Shown: piece after piece, positions 50,099 through 63,475 of the stretch
How the letters are laid out: the number at the start of each line of letters is the position of its first letter
How positions within the stretch are numbered: position 1 is the stretch's first letter
DNA from: Selaginella moellendorffii
Lineage: Eukaryota > Plantae > Lycopodiophyta
Direction of reading: 5' to 3'
Assembly (NCBI RefSeq): GCF_000143415.4
Contig: NW_003314275.1
Location: 873,955 to 937,954, forward strand
DNA: 64,000 nt
The notes under the pieces: generated by a model
The model's database searches: none
What the model saw: only the letters and a program-made list of their open reading frames with translations
What the model was told of the DNA's origin: nothing
Program-made: the position numbers and the translations under genes

Positions 50099-50998
50099 TC
50101 AAATGTCTTTGAGATTGTCTGCCACCCGGTTGAGCGCCACGGCCAGATTGGCGAGCTGCGCCGCCAGCTCCCTGCGATCCCTCGACTCGATCTGGAGCCT
50201 CTCCCTCTCAAACTGGAGCGCCTCCCTGTGCCGCGCCTCGCGCTTCTCCTCCATGCTCGCCACCGCCGCCATGTACGTGCTCGTCAGCTTCCCAATCGCC
50301 GCCACCACGTCGCTCGCCGACTGCTGCCTCTTCTTCTTCCCGCTCGACCCCGGCGCCAGCTCGTGGTGGTGATCGTGATCGCCCTTGCCCGCGCGCGTCG
50401 ACTGCGCGCTGGTGCTGAGATGGTCCAGCGCCTGCGCCGGCGGCGGCGGCGACACGATGGCCAGCCGCCCCGAGAGGAAAGAGTCGAGGCGATCGAAGAG
50501 ATCCTTGTCGAAGTAGCAGGGCAGCGATGGATCCTCCTTGCGCCGCTCCTCGATCGACATGGCGAAGTAGTTTGGCCTGCCGCTCTTCTTGAGCACGCCC
50601 TTGATCGTCTTGTAGTCGGAGAGGAGATTGTCCCACTTGCCCTTGCACTGGGCGACGTCGCGATCGTCGATCCCGTTGCGCTTCATGTGATCCACCACGC
50701 GCTTCCACTTCTCGCCCGAGCTGATCATCACCTTGTCCCGCGACAGGCAGCTCGCGCCGCTCGTGTCGATCGTCGCCTCCGATTCCATCTTCTTGCCCTC
50801 GATCAGGAGCAGCACCTCGCTGTGCGTCCAGTTGCGATTCCTCTTCCTCTTCCCGGACAGCTGGTCGCCGGCATTCCTCGCGGCGCCACCGCCGACGCCG
50901 CCATAGCCCTTGTGAGCGGCAGCGTCCCCGACGATCACCTCCGAGCCCCCGAATCCGGCCTGCGATGCCTCTACCAGCTCCACCAGCGGCGATGCCAT
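50099..50998 (-). CDS. Trihelix (Myb/SANT-like) transcription factor, ASR3/SH4-like, 299 aa, intronless
   Basis: RNWTHSEVLLLI...KWKRV...QCKGKWDNLLSDYK, NYFAMSIEERR, and a C-terminal coiled coil. Confidence 0.9.
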   Translation of the reverse strand: MASPLVELVEASQAGFGGSEVIVGDAAAHKGYGGVGGGAARNAGDQLSGKRKRNRNWTHSEVLLLIEGKKMESEATIDTSGASCLSRDKVMISSGEKWKRVVDHMKRNGIDDRDVAQCKGKWDNLLSDYKTIKGVLKKSGRPNYFAMSIEERRKEDPSLPCYFDKDLFDRLDSFLSGRLAIVSPPPPAQALDHLSTSAQSTRAGKGDHDHHHELAPGSSGKKKRQQSASDVVAAIGKLTSTYMAAVASMEEKREARHREALQFERERLQIESRDRRELAAQLANLAVALNRVADNLKDI

Positions 50999-51208
50999 CG
51001 TAATCTCGCCCTACAGCTCCATGGAGTCTCCCGAGCTCTCTTCTCACCTGGCTCGATCCATCGCTCTTGCCCGCTCGCGGGAGCCCTAAACTCCGGCTGA
51101 CGTGGCGCTCTGGACGGCCGGGGTGGATTCTCTCGAAGCAAGGGCTCGGATTGAATAGGGTTTGAGGGCTTGCTCTTCGTTGTTTGTGCTCGGTGGAGGA
51201 AGGCGCGC

Positions 51209-52087
51209 ATGGCATGGGACCTAGCGCTGTGGATTCTCTCGTTTCTTGCGGTCGCAGCGGCGCTGGGGATCATCGTCTACCAGGTGAGCTCTCTTCCTCC
51301 TCGGAATCTCTTCGTCAGTGATGAGAAGGCAAAAATTCATTCTCGGCGAGTCCTTTGGACAAATGAGCTGGAGTAATCGCTAATCTTCTCTCTGAGACGC
51401 TTCTTGCCACTGATGATCCACTGTAGCGTGTCATATGAGTTCTTCTTTAGGACAGTGACTATAGCACAGTCTTTGAATCTGAGGCTTCAAAAGGGATTTT
51501 TTTTTTCTTCTCTTCTGATGATGTGTTTTTTTTTTGTCCTTCTCTCGCAGCTGCTATGTCTCTCCGATCTCGAATTCGATTTTATAAATCCCTTTGATTC
51601 TTCATCGCGTATCAACCGGTTTGTTCTTCCTGAATTTGCTATCCAGGGAGTGCTGAGCGCGATCTACCTTATTTTCGGCTACTGGCTCATGTTCTTGCTA
51701 AACGCCCCGCTCTTATATTATAACATAAGATTGTAAGTTGCCATGTTTTTCATGTTTCCCTGGCTCTGATGTTAACGTGAATTTCTTTTTTTTTATCCTC
51801 AGATACATGAGCAAGAGGCACCTTGTAGATGTCACGGAGATCTTCAATCAGCTTGAACCCGAGAAGAAGATACGCTTCTACAAGCTCGGCTTTTACCTTT
51901 CTTTGTTGTGCATCGTCATATACAGGTAAGCATAGCTCCGTGTTTATTTCTTAAAAGTTGGATTACTTTCTTGTACAGGATGCTGTTGAGTGTGATTTAA
52001 GGATTTTTGTTGCTGCTCTGTAGGCTGGTGGTTTCCTCGATGGAGGTCATTCTCGAGTCGGGCATTGCATCCATGGCGGAGATTTAA
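51209..52087 (+). CDS. CNIH: Cornichon family ER cargo receptor. Exons 51209-51283, 51551-51732, 51803-51925, 52024-52087
   Basis: MAWDLALWILSF...YQ/LLCLSDLEFDFINPFDSSSRIN, HLVDVTEIFNQL. Confidence 0.92.
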
Positions 52088-52394
52088 TTGTGAGAATTCA
52101 GTTGTTCCACTCTTTAGTGCTGAACAAATTTTCGTCCACGCAGGATTTTAGTTTCTCAAACGTGTAGAGTGAGGTACAAATAGATGGTAATTTTTGATGT
52201 GATCTAATGACTTCTATGTGCAGGAAAGAAAAGTATTTTCTTTGTGAATATTGTAGTCTATCTTCGGCTATAATATATGTACGCATTGCGTCAAAAATGA
52301 AGTGTCGCTTCTCATTGGGTACGCGGCGAATAAATACCGCTTCCTCAAAAATTCGTGGGACCAAATGTTTTCAGAAAACAGCTCCGCTCCATCT

Positions 52395-53961
52395 ATGCCC
52401 GTGCCTTGTCGACAAATTTCTATTTGTCGGGTAATCACATTTTTAATTTTTTTTTCCCTCTCTTTTGCGGCTTGTTGTGGAATCCGTCTCATGGTATTAT
52501 ATATTTGCAGATGCGGCGGGACGAGAGCTCACTTCGAATGGGGTTTCTTTCCTTGCTGCGATCAAGGAAGTCAGGTTTCGTTCTGGAAGGTGATGAATCA
52601 AGCTCGGCACGCAGTAGTGGAAGTGTCGCTCCTTCAACAGAGTTAGAGGGTGCTGCTTATGTCTGCTCCGCTTGCAAGACTCGCAGTTTTAGGAGCTCGG
52701 GAAGGCCACTGAAGGTTTTCTTTTCTGACGAGCTCAAGGCAGCTACCAACGACTTTGGGTTTTGCAACTACATGGCAGACGCAGAGGGTGGTCATGTATT
52801 TAGAGGAGTTTTAGAAGGAGGCGAGGTGGTTGCCGTGAGAGTTATATCGGACGCATCAGTCTTTCAATCTCGCAAGCAGCTCTTGGGCCGCATTCGGTCG
52901 CCTAATATTGTGAGACTGGTAGGCTACTGCGACGAAGGCGACGACAGGAAATTTCTTGTTTATGACTTCATCTGCAACGGCTCTTTGGAGTGGCATCTAA
53001 CAGGTAGCGAATTTTTTCCTTTTCATCTTTACGTCGTCGTTGTTCTCTAACCGTGACCTTGTGTAGTTCTCACTCGGAATGCCATGGGTTGGTCTATAAG
53101 GAAGTCAATTGCCGTGGGAATAGCCAAAGGTTTGCTTTACTTACACAGCTACTCAATCGTACACAGGAACTTGCGATCTAGGAACGTTCTCTTGACTCAT
53201 GATTATACACCAGTTGTAAGTAAGCTATGTTTGTAGTTTCAGTGCCTAAAACATTTGCACAGATTACAGGGATGGGCTATGCAAAGCATAAAACTCAACC
53301 AGCTTTTCCAAGTCCTCCTTGTGTCACTGGGTAAGTTTTGTATTTATCTCAGACGCCATTGCTCATTTTCACGTTGATAGCTACTCTGCTCCAGAACATT
53401 TCCGGGGGCATGCAGTGGACGAGAAGAACGATATCTTTTCCTATGGTGTCATACTGCTGGAACTCATCACTTCTCGAAAGGCCATGGAGGATTCAAGCCA
53501 ACGCCTTCTGACAGAATGGGTAAAATGCTGCCTCGTGGTGTTCGTCTATTGACATAGAGTTGTTTTATAGGCGTCCCCGCTGCTCCGAGACTTTGACCGC
53601 CAAAAGCTCGTCGATCCCGAGCTTGGCTGCGACGATAACAACACCTACGAGCTTGTCACTATGATGAGCATTGCGTCGCTCTGCTTGAACGAAGATCCAC
53701 TGGAAAGGCCAAGCGCAAGCAAGGTAAACGTGCGAGAACTTGAGTGTCTCATCGCCCTTTTAAATATCGTTCCAGATTTTGAGCCTGCTAGAAGAGGATT
53801 GTGACGGGGAGGTTTTCAGCTCCGACGATGACTTGTCTACTCTGTCGCAAGCTTCGTCGTCGCTAACACATCGAGCGGAGAAAAAGGTGACTTGGAATGC
53901 TTGCTCTCCAGTAAGAAGAGGTCCTTCTCGTCGCCTCTCATACAATGTCATGCTATCTTAA
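52395..53961 (+). CDS. Receptor-like cytoplasmic kinase-like protein, predicted pseudokinase, about 7 exons (start 52395 or 52511)
   Basis: CSACK motif, FSDELKAATNDF, NIVRLVGYC, YSAPE, DIFSYGVILLELIT. VAVR replaces VAVK, HRN replaces HRD, and DFG is absent. Confidence 0.85.
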
Positions 53962-54245
53962 AAAAAACTATGGTTCTTCTACTAAAGAAATTCAATCCTT
54001 TTCGTTGCCTAGGGGAAGGAAAAGTTATATTAGGAAATATAATATCCCGTTAATAATCATACTCCTAACGAAATTCTATTCCCGTGAGGATAGCCATTGT
54101 TTCCTTTCTGTCCTCTAAAGAGAATGAAAAATTATACTCGAACATAATTCAATGCCATCTCGAAGTTTCGTAAAATTTCAAACTGATACTACTTGATTTC
54201 CTACGATCTCACCATATTCAAAACCGTTGATTGTTCCGATTGATA

Positions 54246-54879
54246 TTAGAAAAGTATTTGCGCCAAGAAAAACATCACCGTGGTGACAAGAGGAGAGAAA
54301 TCTGGCAAAAAGGACAAAACAAAAGAAAAAAGAAACCAATACATTTTAATTACTTTTTCCATTCTAAAAAGCTTACCAGATCGACCAGCACTGTTCTGCT
54401 CGAGCAAAGCTGCAAACACACAAAAAGTTAGGCCTGGAAAAAGAAAGAACCAAAAAGGAGAGGATAAACATGGAAGTGAAAAAGCGAAGGAACACACTAT
54501 CACCTACAAGCAAGGAATGGCAGGCAGAGAAAAGAGAGGAGAGATTACTAGGACAGGCACTGGTGTTGGAGTCGAGCTTGCAATGCGTGGGAAGCATGAC
54601 GGCGTTGGTGATATTGATCCCGGGAGTGGAAGTTACACCGCCAGTGGAGGAGAGGAGCTCGCACAGGCAAACGGGGCTGTGCTGATAGATGTAGTGGAGC
54701 CCCCGGCAGCACCTCGAGCCTGGAAGATCTCTCTTTCCCTCGATGTAAGTGATGCACGGCTGTATCCTGGCCAAGCGAGCTGTGCACTGCTTGTCCTCCC
54801 CAAGGACCAACTGTACCACCAGGAGCAGCAGCAACACTAGCATACTCACTCGCGCCGAGGAAGACAAAGGAGAAGCCAT
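54246..54879 (-). CDS. LTPG: GPI-anchored non-specific lipid transfer protein. Exons 54879-54549, 54409-54377, 54301-54246
   Basis: Signal peptide, eight-Cys motif C..C..CC..CLC..C..C, and a short tail ending in hydrophobic FSPLVTTVMFFLAQILF*. Confidence 0.88.
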
Positions 54880-55475
54880 TCTCTTCCTTCCCCGAGCTCT
54901 GTCCTTGCGATCGAAAATGGAAATGAGACTCTACCTCGGCTCGGCTCGGCTTGAGCTTGAGCTTGAGCTGTGCTCCACCGCTTTTTGAGACTCGCTCCAC
55001 CTCCTCCTCCTCGAAGGAAGAACTTTGAGGCACCTGAAAATCTGCTGCCTCTGCTCCTGAAACTGTGTTCTTGTTGCAGAGTAAAACTTGGTGTTTAATC
55101 GCTTGCCACTGCGGGAATTGAATGGAAACGTGTCAGGTAGCATTTAAGAAGACAACTACCACGCTGCACTAACTGCACCACCTTTGGCTGGCGTATATGC
55201 GATTCCCATATGTTTCTCGAAGAATTCAACTTTATCAATTTTTGGAGCTCGTCCTGTCTTTTTGTCCGCGTCAACAAATTCCGAATGATCATTAAATAAT
55301 CAACGCTTTGAGCTGATCAACCTGGAAAGAAACCAAGTACAAGATGAAGTTTCCATTTATGTAACAGAGCAAAGAAACACCAGTCAGTGCACGCACCTCA
55401 CTACAAAATAGCAATCGCTTTTGTCTGGTCAAGCCTGAATTATAAAGCACGTCCATCGATGAGAAACAAGAAATT

Positions 55476-57257
55476 CTATAACGGAGGAGCAACAAAACGA
55501 ACCTCATTGTCCTCCTCCTCATCGCCTGCCGAATGGATCATGTTGGACAAAACTACGTAACCCGAGCAGTCGTTTGGATCCAGCTCCAGCAACCGTTCAG
55601 CTGCACGCTTGCCACACTCGACGTCTCCGTGAACGCTGCAAGCTCCCAGCAGAGCAACCCACAATCCCCGATCACTGTCCATGCTCCTGAGAAAGTTTTC
55701 TGCCTCCCTCAACCATCCAGCACGTCCTAGCAGCCCGACCACACAGCCACAGTGCTCCAACCCGGGAACCAGCTCGTCGTCCACGAGCATCGCGTAAAAG
55801 TTCTCACACCCATCGGCCAAGAGCCCCGCATGGCTGCAAGCCCAGAGAACACTGACGTAGGTGACTTCGTCGGGATCCACACCAGCTTGTTTCATCTTCC
55901 TGAATAGGTCCACGGCCATACTGCTGTCCCCGTGTTGCGCATAGGCATTGATTAGCGCGGTCCACGAGATGGAGTCCTGGTGGTCGAGGCTGTCAAACAC
56001 TCGTTGCGCGTCTTGAAAGCTTCCACACTTCCCATACATGCTCACGATGGCGTTTCCAAACGAGCTCTGCAACGCAGCACCAGTCTCGGCGCTGCAAGCA
56101 TGAACCATCCTCCCCTCGGCCAGCGAGCTCGTGTTCCCGCAAACTTCCAGCATGCAGAGAAGTGTCACGAAGTCAGCCCTCACGCCTTCCAGTTGCATCC
56201 TCAGAAACAGCTTCAGCGCCTCAACGTCTTGTCCATGCTGAGAGTAACCAGTGATTATCACAGTCCAGCTGACCACATTCCTGTGTTGCATCCTGCTGAA
56301 AACCTCCCTGGCCTTGTCCAACCTTCCACACTTTGCGTACATGTTGACTAGCGCATTCCCAACCTGAAGCTCGTTTTCAAACCCGGCTTCAACAAGGCAC
56401 GAGTGAATCGCGTCCCCGGCCCTGAGATCATCACACGCGGTGAGGGTGGCAACGTAAGTCACGCTATCACTTCGGACTCCCTCCTGTTGCATGGAGTGAA
56501 AGATCTCCATGGCTTCCCTGTTATGCCCGTGTTGAGAATAGGCGGTAACCATCGCAGTCCAGGACACTGTACTCCGGGGACTCATCGCGTCAAACATTTG
56601 CCGGGCACTCCACGGACAGTGGCACTTGCTGTACATGGTCACTAAAGCCGTTGCCACGAAAGTGTCCGACTCGATGCCAAACTCCCGTATGCATGAATGG
56701 ATCTTCTTCCCTTCCGAAAGTTCGTGAGAGCCACTTAAAACTCCCAAAACTACGATGAACGTGATCCTGTCAACTTTGGCGCCCTCCTGCTGCATCCTCC
56801 AAAAGAGCCGGAGACAGTACCTCGAGTGCATACGCCCGGCTTGGGCATAAGCTGAGATGAGAGCGTTCCAAGACACCGAGTTGTGCTGCGGCATAGCTGC
56901 AAAAGCCCGACTTGCTTCTTCCAAACTTCCACACCGCCCATACATTCGCACGATGTGGTTCCCCAAGATGAGGTTCTCTTGGAGACCTGCCTGAACTGCG
57001 AAACCATGAACTTTCCTCCCTTCGACCAGAGCGTTTGCGTTCCCACATGCCTGGAGAGCTCGAGCATATGGACCCGGATGAGATGGTAGATTATCCGGGT
57101 CCAAAGCATCCACCAGTCTCGTCAAACTGCTGCTTTCACTGGCAATTTGCTCCAACCGATCAAACAATCCCTTGAGCTGTTGCTGCTGTCCGGTCTTCTG
57201 GATTCTTGCCAAAGGAGCGGGAGTGACCACCACCGGACCACGAAGAACATCGCCCAT
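55476..57257 (-). CDS. PLS-E class PPR protein, about 593 aa, intronless, no DYW domain
   Basis: P-L-S triplets (GNALVNMYAKCGRL, RNVVSWT), ACSHAGL, EHCGCVVGLLGRAG, ending after GYVVLSN. Confidence 0.92.
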   Translation of the reverse strand: MGDVLRGPVVVTPAPLARIQKTGQQQQLKGLFDRLEQIASESSSLTRLVDALDPDNLPSHPGPYARALQACGNANALVEGRKVHGFAVQAGLQENLILGNHIVRMYGRCGSLEEASRAFAAMPQHNSVSWNALISAYAQAGRMHSRYCLRLFWRMQQEGAKVDRITFIVVLGVLSGSHELSEGKKIHSCIREFGIESDTFVATALVTMYSKCHCPWSARQMFDAMSPRSTVSWTAMVTAYSQHGHNREAMEIFHSMQQEGVRSDSVTYVATLTACDDLRAGDAIHSCLVEAGFENELQVGNALVNMYAKCGRLDKAREVFSRMQHRNVVSWTVIITGYSQHGQDVEALKLFLRMQLEGVRADFVTLLCMLEVCGNTSSLAEGRMVHACSAETGAALQSSFGNAIVSMYGKCGSFQDAQRVFDSLDHQDSISWTALINAYAQHGDSSMAVDLFRKMKQAGVDPDEVTYVSVLWACSHAGLLADGCENFYAMLVDDELVPGLEHCGCVVGLLGRAGWLREAENFLRSMDSDRGLWVALLGACSVHGDVECGKRAAERLLELDPNDCSGYVVLSNMIHSAGDEEEDNEVRFVAPPL

Positions 57258-58954
57258 CACAAGTCTTTTCGGAAGAACATCTCCGCGAGTTGGTCTCTCA
57301 GTTCCTGGCCCTGCTGCTCCTCTAAACTAGCACACTCGCCGTTGCCTGCCTGTAGATGGTGGTGTTGTTGGTGGTATCTTACAAGGCTGTCCTCGTCCAG
57401 CCTCAGTGTCTGGAGAATGCTCTCGACCGGGATCTCGTTCTTGTCCAGCAAAACATTGTGTAGGATGCAGCAGGCTGCGATGACTTTGGGAACAAACTTG
57501 ACGTTGTGCTTCACGCACTTCGCCAGTATCTCGAACGTCTCCTTGAGAATCCCGAAGCTTTGTTCGATGTGGATCACCGCCCGAACATGCCTCCTGTTAA
57601 AACTCTCAGCCATCACAGGCGTTTCAGCCTCCTGGTAGCGGACCAGCAGCCACGGAAGAAGCGGGTACTTGTCACCACCCACAAGATAGTGCACCGAAGA
57701 GTTCTCAGACTGCGCCGCCGAGAGTAAGTTCGCTCCAGTTTTCAGTAGACCAGGACTGTGGGGATGCTGAGCATTGCAGTGTATATCCAGAAACCTGTAC
57801 GAGGTGTCGCAAACAGCCTGGAGCGCGATCAAACAGCTTGGTACGTCTCCCGAAGCCATAACTTGAACATTCGTCGTACCAATCGCACCAACGCAATTCG
57901 GAAGCTCGCACTTGTCGACAAACCCAGCAGCCGTCTGCCTGAGCCTCTCGGGAAACCTCAGACAGCTTCCAAAGTGCTGGTTGATCGCCCTGACCACGTC
58001 AATGACGCAGCTCTGCGAGCTGCTCACACCGATTCCAAACTTGTCGCCTATGACGTGCAAGTCAGCCCCGCTGGTAAGCCGGTAGAGCGCGGCACCCAGC
58101 CTGCATGGAACCGGAATCGGCGACCTGAAGGTGGTGACTTTCTTGTTGAGCAGCGGCTTCAGCTGGTCGCAGATCCACAAGAACGTCTCCCGAGACATCT
58201 TGAGAGCGTTGAACCAGCTATCCCGGTCGTGCACCTCGAGCAGGAACTTATCAAACCAGGCTGGGTTTCTCGGCTTCACCCACCACCCAGCATCCGTGGA
58301 AAGCGCCAGAGAAGCCGACAGCATTGCACTTTGGAAGAAGAGCGCGTTGAGCTCGTCATCCTCTTCTTCCTGGCGTTTCTCTTCGTCCTGGTGACGAGCG
58401 AGACCGGTTTCCAGTCCAAACGACGCAGGACTTACGTTGATAATCTGCTCCACAGCACTCGCGGCAGAACAAGCTGTCGCAACAGCAAGCCTGAGCTTCT
58501 TCCGCCGGTCCATCTGTCCATATCAAAAACAACTTCGTATCACTACCACCAAAGGAGAAAATCGGTAGGAAAAAATCTCCCAGGTCGCACTGACAACCAG
58601 CAGGACAGATCGTCGTCACAAGAGTGAAAAGTCAAAAAACAAAGAGCTCGTGCGATGGCGAATTGAATAAGAAGGCGCCAATCATTCATGCGTCATGACC
58701 GAATCAAACAGTCGCAGACTTGCAGACTTGCAGATGTGAGCGCCGATCGATAGAATTAAGACCTCACGAACAAACAATCGCCATTTCACGAGCGATCGCT
58801 CGAGACAAAACAGTTTCACGACCAAAACTCGAGGGAAATATGCGAGAAGAATCCATGAAAATGCGCAGCTAAAATCTAGAGCGCTCTGACACCGCGTTCT
58901 TACCTTCGGATGCACGCCATCGAAGATGCAGCTCTCCTCCTCCCAATCCGCCAT
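57257..58954 (-). CDS. ALP1: ALP1/HARBI1-like domesticated Harbinger transposase nuclease, predicted inactive. Exons 58954-58904 and 58513-57257
   Basis: KMSRETFLWIC, RLGAALYRL, LPNCVGAIGTT, LQAVCD, YLVGGDKYPLLPWL, IEQSFGILK, ACCILHN. A 51-nt in-frame first exon ends in AAG|GTAAG and the acceptor is CAG|ATG. Orthology to ALP1 is tentative. Confidence 0.88.
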
Positions 58955-59196
58955 ACCCTAGCACTGCGACTTCTTCTCCATCGCTACAAGCAAGCCAGCA
59001 GCCCTTAGGTCAAAATCTTTCACAAGGATTTTTTTTTTTTTTTTCTTCGTTTTAACATCACAATATCTGTACATCAGGGGAAGAGAATCGAAAAACATTC
59101 TCTGGTATTTTCTCTAAGCTCACTCTCTTCTAGCATCGATTCTCCACCGATCTTTCGCCGAGAAGAAAATGCGATGGCCGCCGCCGCGCGAGAAGA

Positions 59197-60744
59197 TCAC
59201 GAGTAGAGCATCGCGGTGGACAGATCGTAGGCAAATCCCTGCTTGGCCCGCGGGATGGGCGATCGGCACGTACTCCGGACGTCGTCCTCGTCCTCGAATT
59301 CCAAGCGCGGCCTCTTCTTGGCGGCGGCGGCGGCGGCGGCGGAGCTCTGCTGGATCTGGAGCAAGATCTCGCTGATGTTGCTGGGCACCGACTCCAGCTT
59401 CATGGGAGGAGGATTGATGATCCTGGGCTGCTGCAAAGAGCTCGGGGGAGTATTGGCAGCCTGGAACGATTGGGTGTTGAGGGATTGATCGTAGGCCCAG
59501 GGATTCACCTTGCTCATCATCACCATGGTCGTGTTGCCGGTATTGTGGAACTTATCGCCCAAGAAGGTCTGGAAGCCATAGCCGCCGCCGCCGCCGCCGC
59601 CACCATAGCCGCCGCTGGTAAGTGACGAGGATTGATGGTGGTAGTGGTCAAAGCTCTCGGAAGTTTGCTGCTGCTGGGACGAGGATTCGAAGAGTTCCTG
59701 CTGCTGAGATGGCGGAGGAGCTGACGATAATCCTCCTACGAACTGCGTGGCTAGCTGCGCCGACGAGGATGATCCGAAGGGTGGGATTTTGTAGAGGCGA
59801 GAGTTGTCGTCGATGTCGGGGAGAGATGCTAGAACGTCGTCGAGCTCCTCCTCTGGCGGCTCGGATTTCATGCTGCTCCTGGGCGTGGTGCTGCCGGATA
59901 GCATCGGCTTGAATGCTCCACTGCTCTTCTTGTAAATCCGGCACAGTACCCAGTCGTCGAGCTGGAAAAAAAATCGATGAGAAAAACTGGAAGAAATGAC
60001 CTCACAAGACACGATCTCTCGAAAGAATCGATGATTCACCATGAAAACTCTAGAAGAAACGAGGATTTCGGCAAAGCATGGAGGATTTCACCACAAAGAA
60101 TCCCAGAAAAGCAAGGATTTCATGGATTTCTTGAGAGATCGAGCCCGACGATTCAAGCAAGAAACGCGAATTTCACCAGGAAATCGAGGATTTCACCACA
60201 AAGAATGCAAGAAAGAAGCCATGACCGAGGCGATGGCGGAGATTCTTCTTACCCTGAGCGATCCTTTCTTGCGCATGGCCGGAATCGCTGCGGCGGCCTT
60301 GGCGCTGCTATCGGCGAGGCGGTACTCGTGCATGATCCAATTCGTCTTGGATCCCTTGGGCGCCTTGCCCTTGTAGAAGACGAGCGCCTTCTTCACCCCT
60401 ACCTTCTTGCCCTTGCTAAGAATGGGCTTGTCCGTGCCGGTGGCCTTCCAATACCCGGATGCGGCAGCCCGGTTGGGGCGCGCGCCATTGGGGTACTTCC
60501 GGTCCCTGGGGCTAAAGAAGTACCACTCCCTCTCCCCAAACAGGGCCTTCTCCGGGAGCTCCCACGGATCAAACTTGTAGAGATCGATCTCGGCGATGAT
60601 AGGGATCGCGAATGGCCGGCTCTCCGCCTTGATCGCCAGGTAGCTCACGACGAGCTCCTCGTCCGTGGGGTGGAATCGAAAGCCCGCGGGGAGATTGAGC
60701 TGCTCGGATGGAGGCGCTGTGCGCGGCTTGCCGCCGCTGTCCAT
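59197..60744 (-). CDS. NAC transcription factor (ATAF/stress-NAC-like), 418 aa. Exons 60744-60253 and 59961-59197
   Basis: [68 protein letters not shown]. Confidence 0.95.
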
Positions 60745-61842
60745 AGATCGATCGAGCGAAATTGGATCGATGAGCTCCCGAGGAATGCCGAGCTTTCTAA
60801 GGCGATTGGATTGCGCTCGCCTCTCTTTCTTGACCGAATCTCGCTGGCTGGCGTGCGGATGGATGATCCCTTCCTCTTCTTCTCGATAGCTCCTTACGTG
60901 ATCATCACAGCGATGAATCAATCAAGTGGAAGAAAGAACACACAGAAGAAAAAAAGAAGAGGAAAAATGTGGGCGCTGGCTTGAAAGTCGGCCACGTGTT
61001 TAGGTGGCGATTGAGGCGGTCGAAAGAAAAATAAAGGGAGGGGATGAATATATGCACGCACGCTTTACACTAGACGAAGACGCTTCCGCGAAGGCAGTGC
61101 GGAAGCTTCCTCCTGGTGAATATGCTGCATCACACCTGGCAGCCAGCTTGGACCGTGCAAGGGCTGGCGTGGCACTCCGTACCGCGACCGGCATTTGTCC
61201 GCTAGAGTACGGCCTGGCGGCGTGGCGACCGGCATCAACCGGTCCCGGCCGGTCACAAATGTATAAAAGGTGTCACAGGACAGCTTGGTCCGGCTTGAGC
61301 TGTGCAAAGCTCCAAACTTTCATCCACGCTTTGGACAGGCAAAAGAAATCTCTCTTTCATCACGCACAGAACAGACAATGGCTTTTACATCATCTCTCGC
61401 AATGAAGTGAGTGAGTGATCCATCACCGCACTGGAACTGAATGATCCAGGGATCAATCGCTGGGATCACCACATTTCCAGATGGTTTTGACTTGGGTCTC
61501 TCAAAGTCTCGAATTTCGCAACACCCATCTTCATGACAAGTTCCTGGGACTGGTTTCTAGAAAACGAATCCAGCCAAGCACAAAGTTATATCAATCAGTA
61601 AAGAACTTTGGCTTACCAGGAGACGGTCTTTTAGAAACGCGAATCAAACACGACCTCCACTCCACTTTATTTTACTTTTTGGATGTTCCCAGGTTCCACA
61701 CTAACATGGGCGGCAGCGCATAATTTCCTTGCCTGCTTCAAAGCTGCCCACGTGAGTATTTGCCATCGTCGTATGTAACAAACGCGTGCGTAGCTTTCTC
61801 CGGCCCCACCGTACGTGGATACTTCCGCTCATACATACGCCG

Positions 61843-63444
<1,602 letters not shown>

Positions 63445-63475
63445 TCCTTGTACCTCGAGCCCGCCCTAATTTTTA

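Noticed and set aside
60060-60210. Short direct repeats (aggatttcaccacaaagaat x2) in the NAC intron, and a similar duplet in the NHX intron near 63910-63948
   Set aside because: Local slippage duplications, not CRISPR-like or regularly spaced.
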